Position numbers and translations under genes: made by a program
Assembly: GCA_976551045.1 (NCBI GenBank)
Contig: CDPCPM010000259.1
Location: 4,712,001-4,776,000, forward strand
Reading direction: 5' to 3'
DNA length: 64,000 bases
From: Glaucostegus cemiculus
Lineage: Eukaryota
The notes under the pieces: generated by a model
Told to the model about the DNA's origin: nothing
Databases searched by the model: none
Seen by the model: the letters and a program-made list of their open reading frames with translations, nothing else
In this document: positions 36,743 through 48,752 of the stretch, piece by piece
Layout of the letters: every line of letters starts with the position of its first letter
How positions within the stretch are numbered: position 1 is the first letter of the stretch

Positions 36743-37298
36743 TGAGGCAAAGACTACAGACACATTGAAGAGGAGGTTGGACAAGGGAATGTGAGGCGCA
36801 CAGACCTTCAGATGAGAGATGGATAGAGGCATAAGTGTCGGCATTGAGCGGTCGGGCCGAACGGCCGGCTGTGTGCCGTGCATCCCGCGCACTGCCTCTG
36901 AGGGTGCCAGTTTAAATTTCCAGACCTCTGGAGTGGAACTTGAACGCAGCTCCCTCTGCATTGGGGGCGGGAGCTGAAAGGTGCTCGGGACCCAACGGGA
37001 ATCAATAACGCTGTCCTTGGATTAACCCCTGCCCCCGCCAGGGTTAACCGAGGCCTCGGGGCAGGGGCACTGTTTATACTGCGTGGGCTCAGCTAATGAA
37101 TAGCGGCTCTAGGTGTCAGGTAGCACTGCGGCTTTCCTCTGCTCAGAGAAAGGTTGAACTATCCCCCATCTCCACACTGGATTGTCATTTTTTTTGTCAA
37201 CAGGACCCGGTGTAAATGGGACTGCTCTCAATTTACCTTTCATCTGTCCGACTGCTAAAGCTATGCAGTCTCTTCCGCTTCAGTGACTGGCTGTTTCT

Positions 37299-37303
<5 letters not shown>

Positions 37304-37340
<37 letters not shown>
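37304..37340. repeat. (GT)n microsatellite
   Basis: Directly visible. Confidence 0.95.
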
Positions 37341-37342
<2 letters not shown>

Positions 37343-38354
37343 CTCAAGGTTGTACTTTTTAAACAAATAAATTCAGTCTCCCCACGCCGTTTGCTGCCAC
37401 GATCGAGGAGAAGGGTCAATACCAGATAACGATTAAAGCTATGCTTAATGTGCCTTGCAAGTCGATGATTTAACCCTTTCCTAATCGCCTGCTTCCAAGT
37501 CCCAGCCTCTCAGAAGCCCTGGGTGACTAGCATTTGGGAAAGATAAACGGAGATACATTTATAATCTGGCATTGCAGTCAATATTACTTTTATGAGCTTG
37601 AATGTTTTAAACTGCATTATCCTTTTGACGCTCGCCAGCGATTTTCTGTCAATAGTCGCGTTAAAGCAAAGAACAAGCAGAGACTGATCTTTGGTTGGCT
37701 GAGATTTAAATTGTAAAATTGACAAGGATGAGAAATTTGATACTCCATCTTTAACCCACAGTCTGCTAGACGTGTGGCTTCTAATTAAAATGTGTCTCCC
37801 TGTTGAATAATGTGTTTATTTCCCATTGATTACAGCCACGCGTGGGTGCAGTGAGAAGCTCGTCCGCCGTTCCTCCTTTCCCCTTCTCCACCGCCGAAGC
37901 AGCGCAGTTAATCGTTGGTCCCTGGGACTGTGTGTGCAAAGTCGATGAGTTCATGCACCTTTTGACCCGGTCCATTTTAAGCCCCACATTAATAGTCAGG
38001 CGGCGGCCAACCCATTAACAACGAATAGTTTTGTTTTGGAAAGATGCCAAAATTCGTTAGCTGAACAAATAAAACTCCAGAAATTATTGCTGCCTTACGG
38101 GGAGGGATTGAAATCTACCTCATCAAGCCTAGACTAGATCTTTTATAAGTATGGAACTCAAGTATTCCTCTGGACCAGTACAGAGTTATATCAATCTTCC
38201 CCAGATCATTAAACTAGATGATTAAATCGCAAACTGCTGTTTGTGGGAGCTTGCTGTGCACCAAATGACTAACATTCCTCCTACTACAACCTCCCAAATA
38301 TTCAGTTGGGTGTAAAGGCCTCTGGAACACACTGAGCTTGTGAAAACTTCGCAT

Positions 38355-38748
38355 TGACTCACACAGCACAGAAACAGGCCCTTTGGCCCAATTCATCCAT
38401 GCTGACTGTGTTGCCCAGTGAGCCACTCCCATTTGCCCACGTTTGGCCCATAGCCCTCTAAACCTCTCCTATCTATGGACTTATCTAGGTGGCCTTTAAA
38501 CATTGCCAATGTGCGCGTCTCAACCGCTGTTTCTGGCAGCTCATTCCAAACACGCACCACCCTTTGTGTGAAGAAGCTGCCCCTGATGTCTCTTTTAAAT
38601 ATCTCGCCTCTGATCTTAAGCCTATACTCTCTTTGTTTTTAGCTCCCCCTCCCTGGGAAAAAGACTGTGTGCTTTCACCCTGTCTGTGCCCCTCATGATC
38701 TTGTATACTTCTATCAGGTCACCCCTCCATCTCCTCTGTTCCAGGGAA
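38355..38748 (-). mobile_element. CR1 3' fragment
   Basis: Tail acacagcacagaaacaggccc; ORF2 C-terminal remnant. Confidence 0.8.
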
Positions 38749-39011
38749 TTTGTCTATAAAAATAAGTTAGTTCTCATTTATTTAATTTTCAACACACATG
38801 AGATAAGACTGACATGATGGATGAATGCAGTATAACTGGAATCCCATAATGGAGGTGTCCAGTTGTAAAAGTAGAATGTCAAACCTTATACTAGATCAGA
38901 GAGGTGAACCTATGTCACTTGAATAAGCATTGACAAACATTGAATGGAATTCCCTCCCTGAACCCTACCTCATCACCACCTTTCTTCATTTGAAGATACA
39001 TTTTCTTTAGT

Positions 39012-39510
39012 CAGAGTTATACAGCACAGAAACAGGCCCTTTGGCCCAACCGGTCCATGCCGGTCCATGCCGACCAAGATTCCCATCCAAGCATTTGCCC
39101 ACATTTGGCCCTAATCCCTCTAAATCTTTCCTATCATTGAACCTGTTGTTAATGTACCTGCCTCAACCACTTCCTCTGGCAGCTCATTCCATATACTGGT
39201 GTAAAAGTTGCCCCTCAGGTTCCAATTAAATCTCTCCCCTCTCACCTTAAACCTATGACCTCTAATTCTTGATTCCCCAGTCCTGGGAAAAAGACTGTGT
39301 GCATTCACCCTGTCTCTGCCCCTCATGGTTTCATCCACCTCTACAAGATCACCCCTCATTCTCCCACGCTCCAATGAAGAAAGTTCCAACCTGTTCAACC
39401 TCTCTCCGTAGCTCAGTCCCTCAAGTCCCGGCAACATCCTCGTAAATCTCCCCTGCGTTCTTTCCAGTTTAATGGCATCTTTTCTATAGCAGGGTGACCA
39501 AAACAGAACA
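39012..39510 (-). mobile_element. CR1 3' fragment
   Basis: ORF 39120..39437 MLPGLEGLSYGERLNRL...RGHRFKVRGERF. Confidence 0.85.
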
Positions 39511-39609
39511 ATGGGACCTTAATGGGATTAAGCAAAACACCCTTCAAGACAATTTATAAAAACTTTTTTTCTTTCTTTACCCAGCTTTTGACCACCTTGA
39601 CTATTTCTT

Positions 39610-40619
39610 TCTTTCTTTTTCAATCTTTTTATTGATAACAAATCATTACAGGTTAAGATATATAACAACAATGTTTACACATGTATTATAAAAATATCAA
39701 GTAAATCGTAGGTCATCATAAAAAAAGCAATAAAGTATGATGTATATAAAAGAAATAGTTCCAACAATATCTAGGTTCATAAGTGTAATATAAAAGATAA
39801 AAAAGAAAAAGATTTGTTATATAATTAGAAGAAAAAAAAAACCCAAATCAATTTTTAAATTTTTTTTAAAAATCATAATAATATAGAGTAAATTAAACCG
39901 AAAATGAATTTTTAAAAAAGGGGAAAAAAAACCAAAACAAGAGGGAAAAAAACTGGGCTAAAATTCAATAGAAATAGAACAATATAATGTTGTCAGCTCC
40001 GTTTCTCTAAATTTAAAAAAAAGTTATAGAAGGGGAAACTACATTGTATGAAAGTATTGAATAAATGGACTCCAAATATCTTCAAATTTAAGCGAAGAAT
40101 CAACAGTACCACTCCTAATTTTTTCCAAATTAAGACATGATATAGTTTGAGAGAACCATTGAAAAGTGGTAGGGGGTATTGGATCCTTCCATTTGAGCAG
40201 GATGGCTCGTTTGGCCATCAATGTAACAAAAGCAATCATACGATTAGCAGAAGCAGGTAAATGGCCAGACTTTATCCATGGTAATCCAAAAATTGCAGTA
40301 ATAGGGTGAGGTTGTAAATCGATCTTCAATACATCTGAAATAATATTAAAAATGTCTTTCCAATATTTTTCCAAATTAGGACAAGACCAGAACATATGTG
40401 ACAAAGAAGCCACGTTTGATTTACATCTGTCACATATAGGGTTTATACGATCATAAGAACGAGCTAGCTTATCTTTGGACATATAGGCCCTGTGCACAAC
40501 TTTAAACTGTATCAATGAATGTCTGGCACACATTGAGGATGTATTAACTAAATGAAGAATTTTCTTCCAAGTCTCTATAGATATAGAAATCTGGAGTTCA
40601 ATTTCCCAATCATTTTTAA
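39610..40619 (-). mobile_element. 5'-truncated L1 LINE with a perfect 13-bp TSD
   Basis: ORF 40039..40533 with the L1 CCHC knuckle (CDRC...SLSHMFWSC); AATAAA plus A/GAAA tail; TSD ttgactatttctt at 39597-39609 and 40620-40632; TCTT/AA endonuclease-type site. Confidence 0.93.
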
Positions 40620-42368
40620 TTGACTATTTCTTAATGTGGCTCATTGTCATACTGAATAGTATTTGTATAAATCAAGTTGGGATGTTTGTTTTGCACTCTT
40701 GCACTGTACTGCTGCCACAGAACAACAAATATCATGACATATGTCAGTGATAATAGACCCAGTTCTGATTTACTATGTTAAAGATGCTATATAAATGTAA
40801 GTTCTAATTAGAACAGTGGCTCCAAGGATTTGAGCTCAGCATGAAGCTGTGAGAAGGGATTCATTAACCTCAGGGAAGCATATAAATACATGGCATATGA
40901 AATTAAAACAAAGCCCAGTGTATTGTGGCTGAGTGCTGCTAAGAACAAAAAATATTGGCTGGTACTGGTTTGTCAGTTTGGACCTTACTGCTCCATGGGT
41001 TTGGCCAAGTCTTTCCCAATTCATATTGATCTTTGGATAAAAGTGATTTAACCTTTGTTTCAGCAGATGCAGTGGCCAGGGTAGTTGTACTGGTGTTGAG
41101 TTGTAGTGGGAGAATCTTGGGGAAACTGATGGGAATGCGGAGAGAATAAAATGGGGTTGGTTTGTGATTAGTGTAAATGGGTGCTTGCTGCTCATAGAGT
41201 CATACAGCACGGAAACAGGCCCTTCGGCCCGATTCGTCCATCGCAACCAGGATTCCCATTTGTCTGTGTTTGGCCCATGTCCCTCTAAATCTTTCCTATC
41301 CATGTACCATCAGTGCTGACTCACTGAGCCAAAGGTCCCGTTACTGTGCTGTGTGGTTCTGACTCCTAAGTAATCATCTGATCTTGAAAAGTTGAAAGGA
41401 TTTCTGTCCCTTCACTCGTTCTTATACTGTGCTCAATACTATATCGTTTCATATTGCTTTTTGAAATAGCAAAACAATGTGAAATTCTTGTGCTGATTTT
41501 CAGTTTGGAGACTGCCTAATTATGATCTGAGTTGGAACTTGGTGCATTCTCAAATCTGAAAGCTAAAGCTTGGCTTCAGCATATTATTAGATGCAGGATG
41601 GCTGTTCCTGTTGGTTGACAACTTGTCAGAAATAATGCTTCCAATGTCCTTCAACTGATTTCTAAATCAAGTGGGATGTTTTTCCAAGACTGTTAAAGGC
41701 TACCAATGTAGATCAGTTTTAAAGAAGGGAAGACTTCCTTTTGGCTTGTAGTCATTTCCCCAGTACTTAATTTGATAGGGTGGGTTTGGACTCAATGCAT
41801 TTGGAGTGCACCTGGAGAATATTACATTATCCATCAAGGGTTCATCGTTATTAAGATTTCAGCTACAAAGTTAAACTGGAGAAGCTGGGGTTGTTGGAGC
41901 GGAGAGAACTGAGATGAGATGAGACTGAGTAGGTGGATCTGAGTCCATGCCATGACCTTATTGAATGGCGGAGCAGGCTCGACAGGCCAGATGGCCTCCT
42001 GCTGCTCCTGTTTCTTATGTTCTTATGAGATTTGAGAGAGGTGCACAAGATTATGGGGAGTTGGGTAAGAGGGGGAAGATGGTTTGAGGACCAGGAGAAA
42101 TGGATTCAAAGTGAAGGCCAAGAAGACAGGAGGGAATGTGAGGATTTTTTTTTACCTCAGGGCTGGCAATGATCTGCTGTGTTGAAGGTTAATAGAAACA
42201 GAGTCAGGACTTTCGAAAAGAATTGGAGCACCTGAATTCGTGGTAACTGCATTCAGAGAGCATTACCTCAATTTTTGCAATCTGCTGTGTGTTGCTAAAT
42301 AAACTTCCGACATCTAGTAAATCCTGAACTAATAGCTTTTGTAAGTAAACCAATTTTCTTAACATATA

Positions 42369-43242
42369 CAGTGGTATGCAGAAGCTTGGGCAACCCTGGT
42401 CAAAATTTCTGTTACTGTGAATAACTAAGAGAGTAAAATATGTCCTGATTTCCAAAAGGCATAAAGTTAAAGATGACACATTAATATTTTAAGCCAGATT
42501 ACTTTTTTATTTCCATTTTTTACAGTTTCAAAATAACAAAAATGGAAATGGGCCCGAAGCAAAAGTTTGGGCACCCTGCATGGTCAGTACTTAGTAACAC
42601 CCCCTTTTGGCAAGTATCACAGCTTGTAAATGCTTTCTGTAGCCAGCTAAGAGTCCTTCAATTCTTGTTTGGGGGATTTTCGCCCATTCTTCCTTGCAAA
42701 AGGCTTCTAGTTCTGTGAGACTCTTGAGCTGGCTTGCATGCACTGCTCTTTTGATGTCTATCCACTGATTTTCAATGATGTTTAGGTTAGGGGACTGTGA
42801 GGGCCATGGCAAAACTGTCAGCTTGTGCCTCTTGAGGTAGTCCATTGTGGAGTTTGAGGTGTGTTTAGCATTGTTATCTTGTTGTAGAAACCATCCTCCT
42901 TTCATCTTCAGCTTTCTTACAGACAGTGTGATGTTTGCTTCCAGAATTTGCTGGTATTTGAATTCATTCTTCCCTCTACCAGTGAAATGTTCCCCATGCC
43001 ACTGGCTGCAACACAAGCCCAAAGCATGATCGATCCGTCCCTGTGCTTATCAGTTGGAGAGGTGTTCTTCTTATGAAATTCTGCACCCTTTTTTCTCCAA
43101 ACTTTCCTGCGTCCTCACCACAAAATTCAGTTTCAGAAGTTTGCAAAGGAACACCTGAACAAGGCTGATGCATTTTGGAAACAAGTCCTGTGGAATGATG
43201 AAATTAAAATAGAACCTTTTGGCCACAATGAGCAAAGGTATG
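42369..43242 (-). mobile_element. Tc1 (DD34E) DNA transposon remnant with a single TIR
   Basis: TA-cagtggtatgc end; inner and outer repeats ca.aag.ttgggca(a)ccc at ~42379 and ~42560; QDN...WPSQSPNLNIIE with 34 residues between D and E. Confidence 0.92.
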
Positions 43243-43614
43243 AGCTTCAATGAGGTGAGGTTTAGGTTCAGCAATAATTTTCCCCTCTCCTTTCTCAAGC
43301 AATCCACTGAAAACCTTGCTATATTTTTTCTCACATAAAGAATAGCAGAGGGTTGCAGTCCACTCCCTTGGTATGGTATGTCAGGGAATAGAGAGATATA
43401 GACCACATGCAGTTTAAATGGCATCATGGTCAGCACAGATATTGTGGGCTGAAAGGCCTGATGTACTGTTCTATGTTTCCAGGAGAGAAGGAGGAGGAGA
43501 GTTAATTAGGGAAATTCAGCCATGCAGAATTATCTTGCATTTTCCCCACAAGCATTTAATAACAACATTCGTAACACTGAAACATTAAACGCAAATAAAA
43601 CTCAAAGGGAGGAA

Positions 43615-43935
43615 CCGGCATTACACAGTGGCTTGGCGAATGGAACCGCTGCCTCACGGCTCCAGAGACCCAGGTTCAAATCTGACCTCTGGCGCTGTCT
43701 GTGTGGAGTTTGCAAGTTTTTCTCTATGATCATGCGGGTTTCCTCTGGGTGCTCTGGTTTCATACCAAAAACTGTGGCTAGGCAGGTTAATTGGCCACTG
43801 TAAATTGCCCCTTGTGTATAGGTGAGTGGTGGAATCTGGGGTGAGGGTAGGATCAGTGTAAAAATGGATGCTTGATGACAGCATGGACTCGCTGGGCTGA
43901 AGGGCCTGTTTCTGTGCTGTATCTTGTGATTCCAT
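43615..43935 (+). mobile_element. V-SINE (HE1-like), near full length
   Basis: A-box-like cagtggcttggcgaatgg, B-box ggttcaaatc, V-core and CR1-type tail. Confidence 0.85.
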
Positions 43936-44069
43936 GAGCATAATAAACCAATGGTCTCATAGATAAAAGGAGGACAATGTCAGCGTGAGGGCCTGTTAAC
44001 TTTCTTTCCATGTTACTCCTCGCTGTTGAAGTTTCTCATCCTCTTCTCTCCAATGTATGGAACCTGGAA

Positions 44070-44352
44070 CAGGTAGGGGGTGCTAAAAACAAGAGGGCAT
44101 AGGTTTAAGATCAGAGGCGAGAGATTTAAAAGGGACATCAGGGGCAGCTTCTTCACACAGAGGGTGGTGCGTACTTGGAATGAGCTGCCAGAAATAGTGG
44201 TTGAGGTGGGCACATTTAAAAGCTATCTAGATAAATCCATGGATAGGAGAGGTTTAGAGGGCTATGGGCCAAATGTGGGCAGATGGGACTAACTCACTGA
44301 TCAACACAGTCGGCATGGATGAGTTGGGCCGAAGGTGCTGTATGACTCTATG
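44070..44352 (+). mobile_element. CR1 3' end
   Basis: KTRGHRFKIRGERFKRDIRGSFFTQRVVRTWNELP. Confidence 0.88.
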
Positions 44353-45299
44353 ATATATTGATGCTCCACAATGGAACTGGGTACAGTTTTTTCCCTCTCT
44401 TTTGGAGGAGATACTAAACTGAACCCCCTCTGCTCTCCCAGATGAACATAGAAGATTTGATGGCACTGCCTTAAAAAGTTAACCCAATGAACTGGCATAT
44501 GGTTAACCATCAGTCAACACTAGTGAAAGAAATGATGTTGTCTTAGTAATCTCTTTGTTGTTGGGAGCTTGTTGTGTGCAAATTGGCAGTCCTGTTTTCT
44601 ACTTTAGAACTGGGGCTTCGTTTCAAAAGTACTTCATCGGCTGCAGAATATTTTGGGATCTATTGAAGTAATGAAGTGAAACACTTAATTATTCTCTTCC
44701 TTGTAACTCAGCCAAAAATCTTCCATTAATTCTTTGAGCCCTCCTAGGGAATCAACGTCAAGATTATTTACCAGGCAACTCACACATTCCAGAGGTTTTA
44801 CAGTGTATGCAATATTTTATATCATGTCTACGTGAGATGATATTGTCTGTTTGGGAGTGCTGTGCTTTCAAACACATATCAAAAATATCATTCAGATTTT
44901 ATCACTGAACAAATATTCTAGTTCATTTTGATGGGTATGAGTTGCTGGATGTTTTCCTGGTCCGCATTGTTTATTGTTTTCTTAAATCCATGATGGCATT
45001 ATTACTTTGCCTCTATTTTGTATTCTGGCCCTATTATTTGGAAGGCATTCTGATACTATCAGCTGAGGTGTGTAGGGATGGCAGGATAAAGCTTGCTGCA
45101 AATTCGTAGTTTGTTGCTGTACTTAAAAACAATTTTAAAAACACCTCTTTGGTGTAATGCTACTTATTACTAATAGGGTGTCATGCAGTGAATGTCTCTC
45201 ACAGCAAGCAGGGCTACTGTACAGTAAACAAAGTTGATTTACTCAGTCTCGTTAAAGAAGGGAGGAAAGAAACAATAGCAGCTTCTCCCAATAAAAGCA

Positions 45300-45600
45300 G
45301 GGTAATTTGTCAAGAGAAATGGAGGGTGGTTGCACATAGATGATGTGCATAAGATATTTGTGGTGTATTGGCCACATTCCGTGGCTGGATGATGGCCCTT
45401 CCCCAAGGACGTCCTGGATGGTGAACTGCCTACTGGAGGCCATGATCTGTGGACATCCAGACCTCTGCTGTAGTGACGACTGTAAGCAACATACAGAGAC
45501 GATGAGAGTTGACATGGACAATTTGCTAAGATATCTGGAGGTTGATTGTCCAGCAGGCACAGGAAGAGACAAGGAGAAACAAAAGTTTTAACTGGATGAG
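45300..45600 (+). mobile_element. RTE-clade LINE 3' remnant
   Basis: LWCIGHIPWLDDG, then PKDVLDGELPTG..GHP.LC in shifted frames, resembling the RTE GH..RM.DGR.PK..LYGEL motif. Confidence 0.6.
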
Positions 45601-45639
45601 AGGAAGGCACAAAGGAAGTGTGGTAATTAGTAATAGTTT

Positions 45640-45852
45640 TTTTTTTATGTCACATGTACCTACTACAGTGAAAAGCTTTGTTTGCATGCCATCTAGACGG
45701 ATCATTCCATACTTAAGTAGATCAAGGTAGTACAAAAGGAAGAACAATAACAGAATGTAGAATATGGTGTAACAGCTACGGAGAAAGTGCAGAGCAGGTA
45801 GACAATAAGGTGCAAGGGCCCCGATGAGGTTGATTGAGAGATTAAGAGTTCA
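45640..45852 (-). mobile_element. Rex1/Babar-like 3' UTR fragment
   Basis: Similar to 16186-16400. Confidence 0.65.
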
Positions 45853-46311
45853 TCTTGCCCCTTCCCAGTCCCTGAGCAGGCAGTGGTTGGCAACCACAGG
45901 CCCTGAACCATATCAGGCAATGATTAGCCTTGGGGGTGACCATCACAGTGTAAGCTGTTGTCCAAGGAACTGAAGTCTGCCAAAAACATGTGCGTACACC
46001 AGTCTGAATCACTTGCAGCAATGCAGTCACCAAGGTTGAATGACAGGAATATTGATTGTCACTGGCAGCATGAAGCAAAAATGTTACGGGGATACATTTA
46101 TGGAAGAGCTGGAAATTTAGGCTGAAAGGTGGAACTCAGTGTAGAGTGGAGAAGGTTCATGGATTGGGTGTATAAATACTGACATGGTCTAATTGGTCTG
46201 AATGGCTATATGTTCCATGAAATTCTCATTCTATTAAACATTCTTTCAAAGGTTAATTAAAGTCTTTGTATATTAAATAAATCAGGTGTATTGAAAAGTT
46301 TATTGAAAAGC

Positions 46312-46640
46312 TACAGGAGCCTGAAGTCCCACAACACCAGGATCAAGAACAGTTACCTCCCTTCAACCATTCAGTTCTTGAACCAACCAGCACAACCCTA
46401 ATCAATACAGTTTGGTAACACTATGACCACTTTGCACTAAAATGGACTTTGTTTTTTTTTCTAAGTGTGTTCTTTCTTGTAAAAATTGTGTGTATTTTCT
46501 GTTTAATTAATGCTTTTCTTGTGAATGCTGCTTATGTGGTGCTAAGTGCCTGTGATGCTGCTGCAAGCAAGTTTTTTATTGCACCTGTGCACACATGCAC
46601 TTGTGCAGATGACAGTAAGTTAGAATGTGACTTTGACTTT
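46312..46640 (+). mobile_element. Rex1/Babar-like 3' fragment
   Basis: YRSLKSHNTRIKNSY.P; tail gactttgacttt. Confidence 0.7.
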
Positions 46641-47219
46641 TATTTTCTTACGGCAATGATCAGGATATACAAACTGATGCGCAGGTCTATGACCCATTGT
46701 ACCAGTAGCCACCAGGATTGGAAAGGGTTAAAGAGATGTAGTAATTCAGGAGGCAGTGAATGGATGATGACAGTTCTTGGTTTTAAAAGTCTGAATTTTA
46801 TTAGGAGGAAGGAAAGGCTGAGGAGAGTAACGAGCTCCAGAGTTTTGAGGTTCCAGAGGCAAATCCAAAAAATATTGATTTCAAAGCAGTAAAGATGTAT
46901 GCAGAAAGAATTTTGGATTTTTAAAATTCATTTACAAGATGTTGCAGGTAAGGCCACAATTAATTGCCTTTTCATAATTGCCCTTGAACTGAGTGGATTA
47001 CTGGATAATTTCAGAGGGCAGTTAAAAGCCAACCACATCGTTATGGGTCTGGAGTCACATATAGGCCAGACCGAGTGTGTTAGGACTCGGGCATTGATGA
47101 ACTAGATGGGCTTTACAATGATCGGTGAGTTTCATGGTCATTATTTCCAACCTTTTTCAGGTTTCAGATTTATTTAACTGAGTTTAAAATGCTTTGGTGG
47201 GAGTTGATCTTCTGTCTCT

Positions 47220-47550
47220 AGAGTGGACAGTCAGAGACTTTTTCCCAGGGTGACAGTGGCTAACATGAGGGGGAATAATTTTAAGGTGATTGGAGGAAGG
47301 CATAAGGGGGATGTTGGAGGTAAGTTTTTTACACAGAGAGTGGTGGGTGCAGGGAACGCACTGCCGGCAGAAATTGTGGGGGCAGATACAGTAGGGACAT
47401 TTAAGAGACTCTTAGATAGATACATGAATGATAGAGAAATGGAGGGCTATGTGGGAGGGAAGGGTTAGATAGATCTTAGAACAGGATAAAATGTCAGCAC
47501 AACATTGTGGGCCAAAGGGCCTGTACTGTGCTGTAATGTTCTATGTTCTA
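47220..47550 (+). mobile_element. CR1 3' end
   Basis: ORF 47223..47468; tail atgttctatgttct. Confidence 0.9.
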
Positions 47551-47773
47551 GAACATAGACCAGCAGAGCATAGGAACAGGCCCTTCTGCCCATCTAACTC
47601 ATCCTGTCAGCTTGCACAAGGTCTCTATCCCTCCAGTCCCTGCCTGTTCATGTGCCTGTCTAAATGCCTCTTAAATGTTACTATCATATCTGCTTCCATC
47701 ATCTCCACTTGCAGTGCATTCCAGGCACCTACCACTCTCTGTGTAAAAAAAAAAATTGCCTTGTAAATCTCCT

Positions 47774-47999
47774 GGGCGGCACGATAACATAGTAGTTAGC
47801 GCAACGCTGTTGGGGTTCGATTCCCGTCACTGACTGTAAGGAGTTTATACATTCTCCCGTGTCTGCATGGGTTTCCTCCAGGTGCTCTGGTTTCCTCCCA
47901 CATTCTGAAAGACGTACGGGTAGGTTAATGCGGGGGTTTAAAATGGGCGGCACAGACTCGTTGGGCCGAAAGGGCCTGTTACCACGCTGTAAAAAAAAA
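47774..47999 (+). mobile_element. tRNA-derived V-SINE
   Basis: gggcggcacg...B-box ggttcgattccc, V-core, A tail. Confidence 0.85.
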
Positions 48000-48200
48000 T
48001 TAATCCTCTCCACCTCACCTTAAAGCTGTGCCCTCCAGTATTTGACATTTCCAACCTGGGAAAACGACTATCTACCTGATCTCTGTCTGTCGTCATTTTA
48101 TCAGCCTCTATCAGGTCTCCCCTCAGCCTCCGACACTCCAGAGAAAACAGTCCAAGTTTGTCCAACCTCTCCTTGCAACTCACGCTCTCTAATCCAGGTA

Positions 48201-48752
48201 ACATAGAACAGTACAGCACAGAACAGGCCCTTCAGCCCACAATGTTGTGCTGACAATGCTAATCCCTCCTACCTACAGAATGCCCATATCCCTCCATTTT
48301 CCTCTCATTCATGTGCCCATCCAAGCCCCTCTTAAAAGCCCCCAATGAATTTGCCTCCACCACCCTATCAGGCAACGCATTCCAGGCACCCACCGCTCTC
48401 TCAGTAAAAAATGTACCCCTCACTTCTCTTCTGAACCTGCCCCCTCTCACCTTAATTGCATGCCCTCTGGTATTGGATCACTCAATGATGGGGAAAAGAT
48501 ATTGCTTGTCCACCCTATCGATGCCCCTCGCAATTTTATACACTTCCAACAGGTCACCCCTCAGCCTCCGCCGCTCCAGAGAAAAGAGCCCAAGTTTGTC
48601 CAGCCTCTCCTGATAGTGCATGCCCTCTAATCCAGGCAGCATCCTGGTAAACCTCCTCTGCACCCTCTCTAAAGCCTTGACGTCCTTCCTATAGTGAGGT
48701 GACCAGAATTGCGTGCAATACACTAAATGCGCCCTAACCAGAGTTCTGTAGA
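48201..48752 (-). mobile_element. Younger CR1 3' fragment nested in the host CR1
   Basis: ORFs 48478..48723 and 48259..48450; own tail atagaacagtacagcacag. Confidence 0.9.

Noticed and set aside
43615-43690. tRNA gene (A and B boxes; also ~47774-47826)
   Set aside because: These are SINE heads continuing into V-core and LINE-type tails; no complete cloverleaf.
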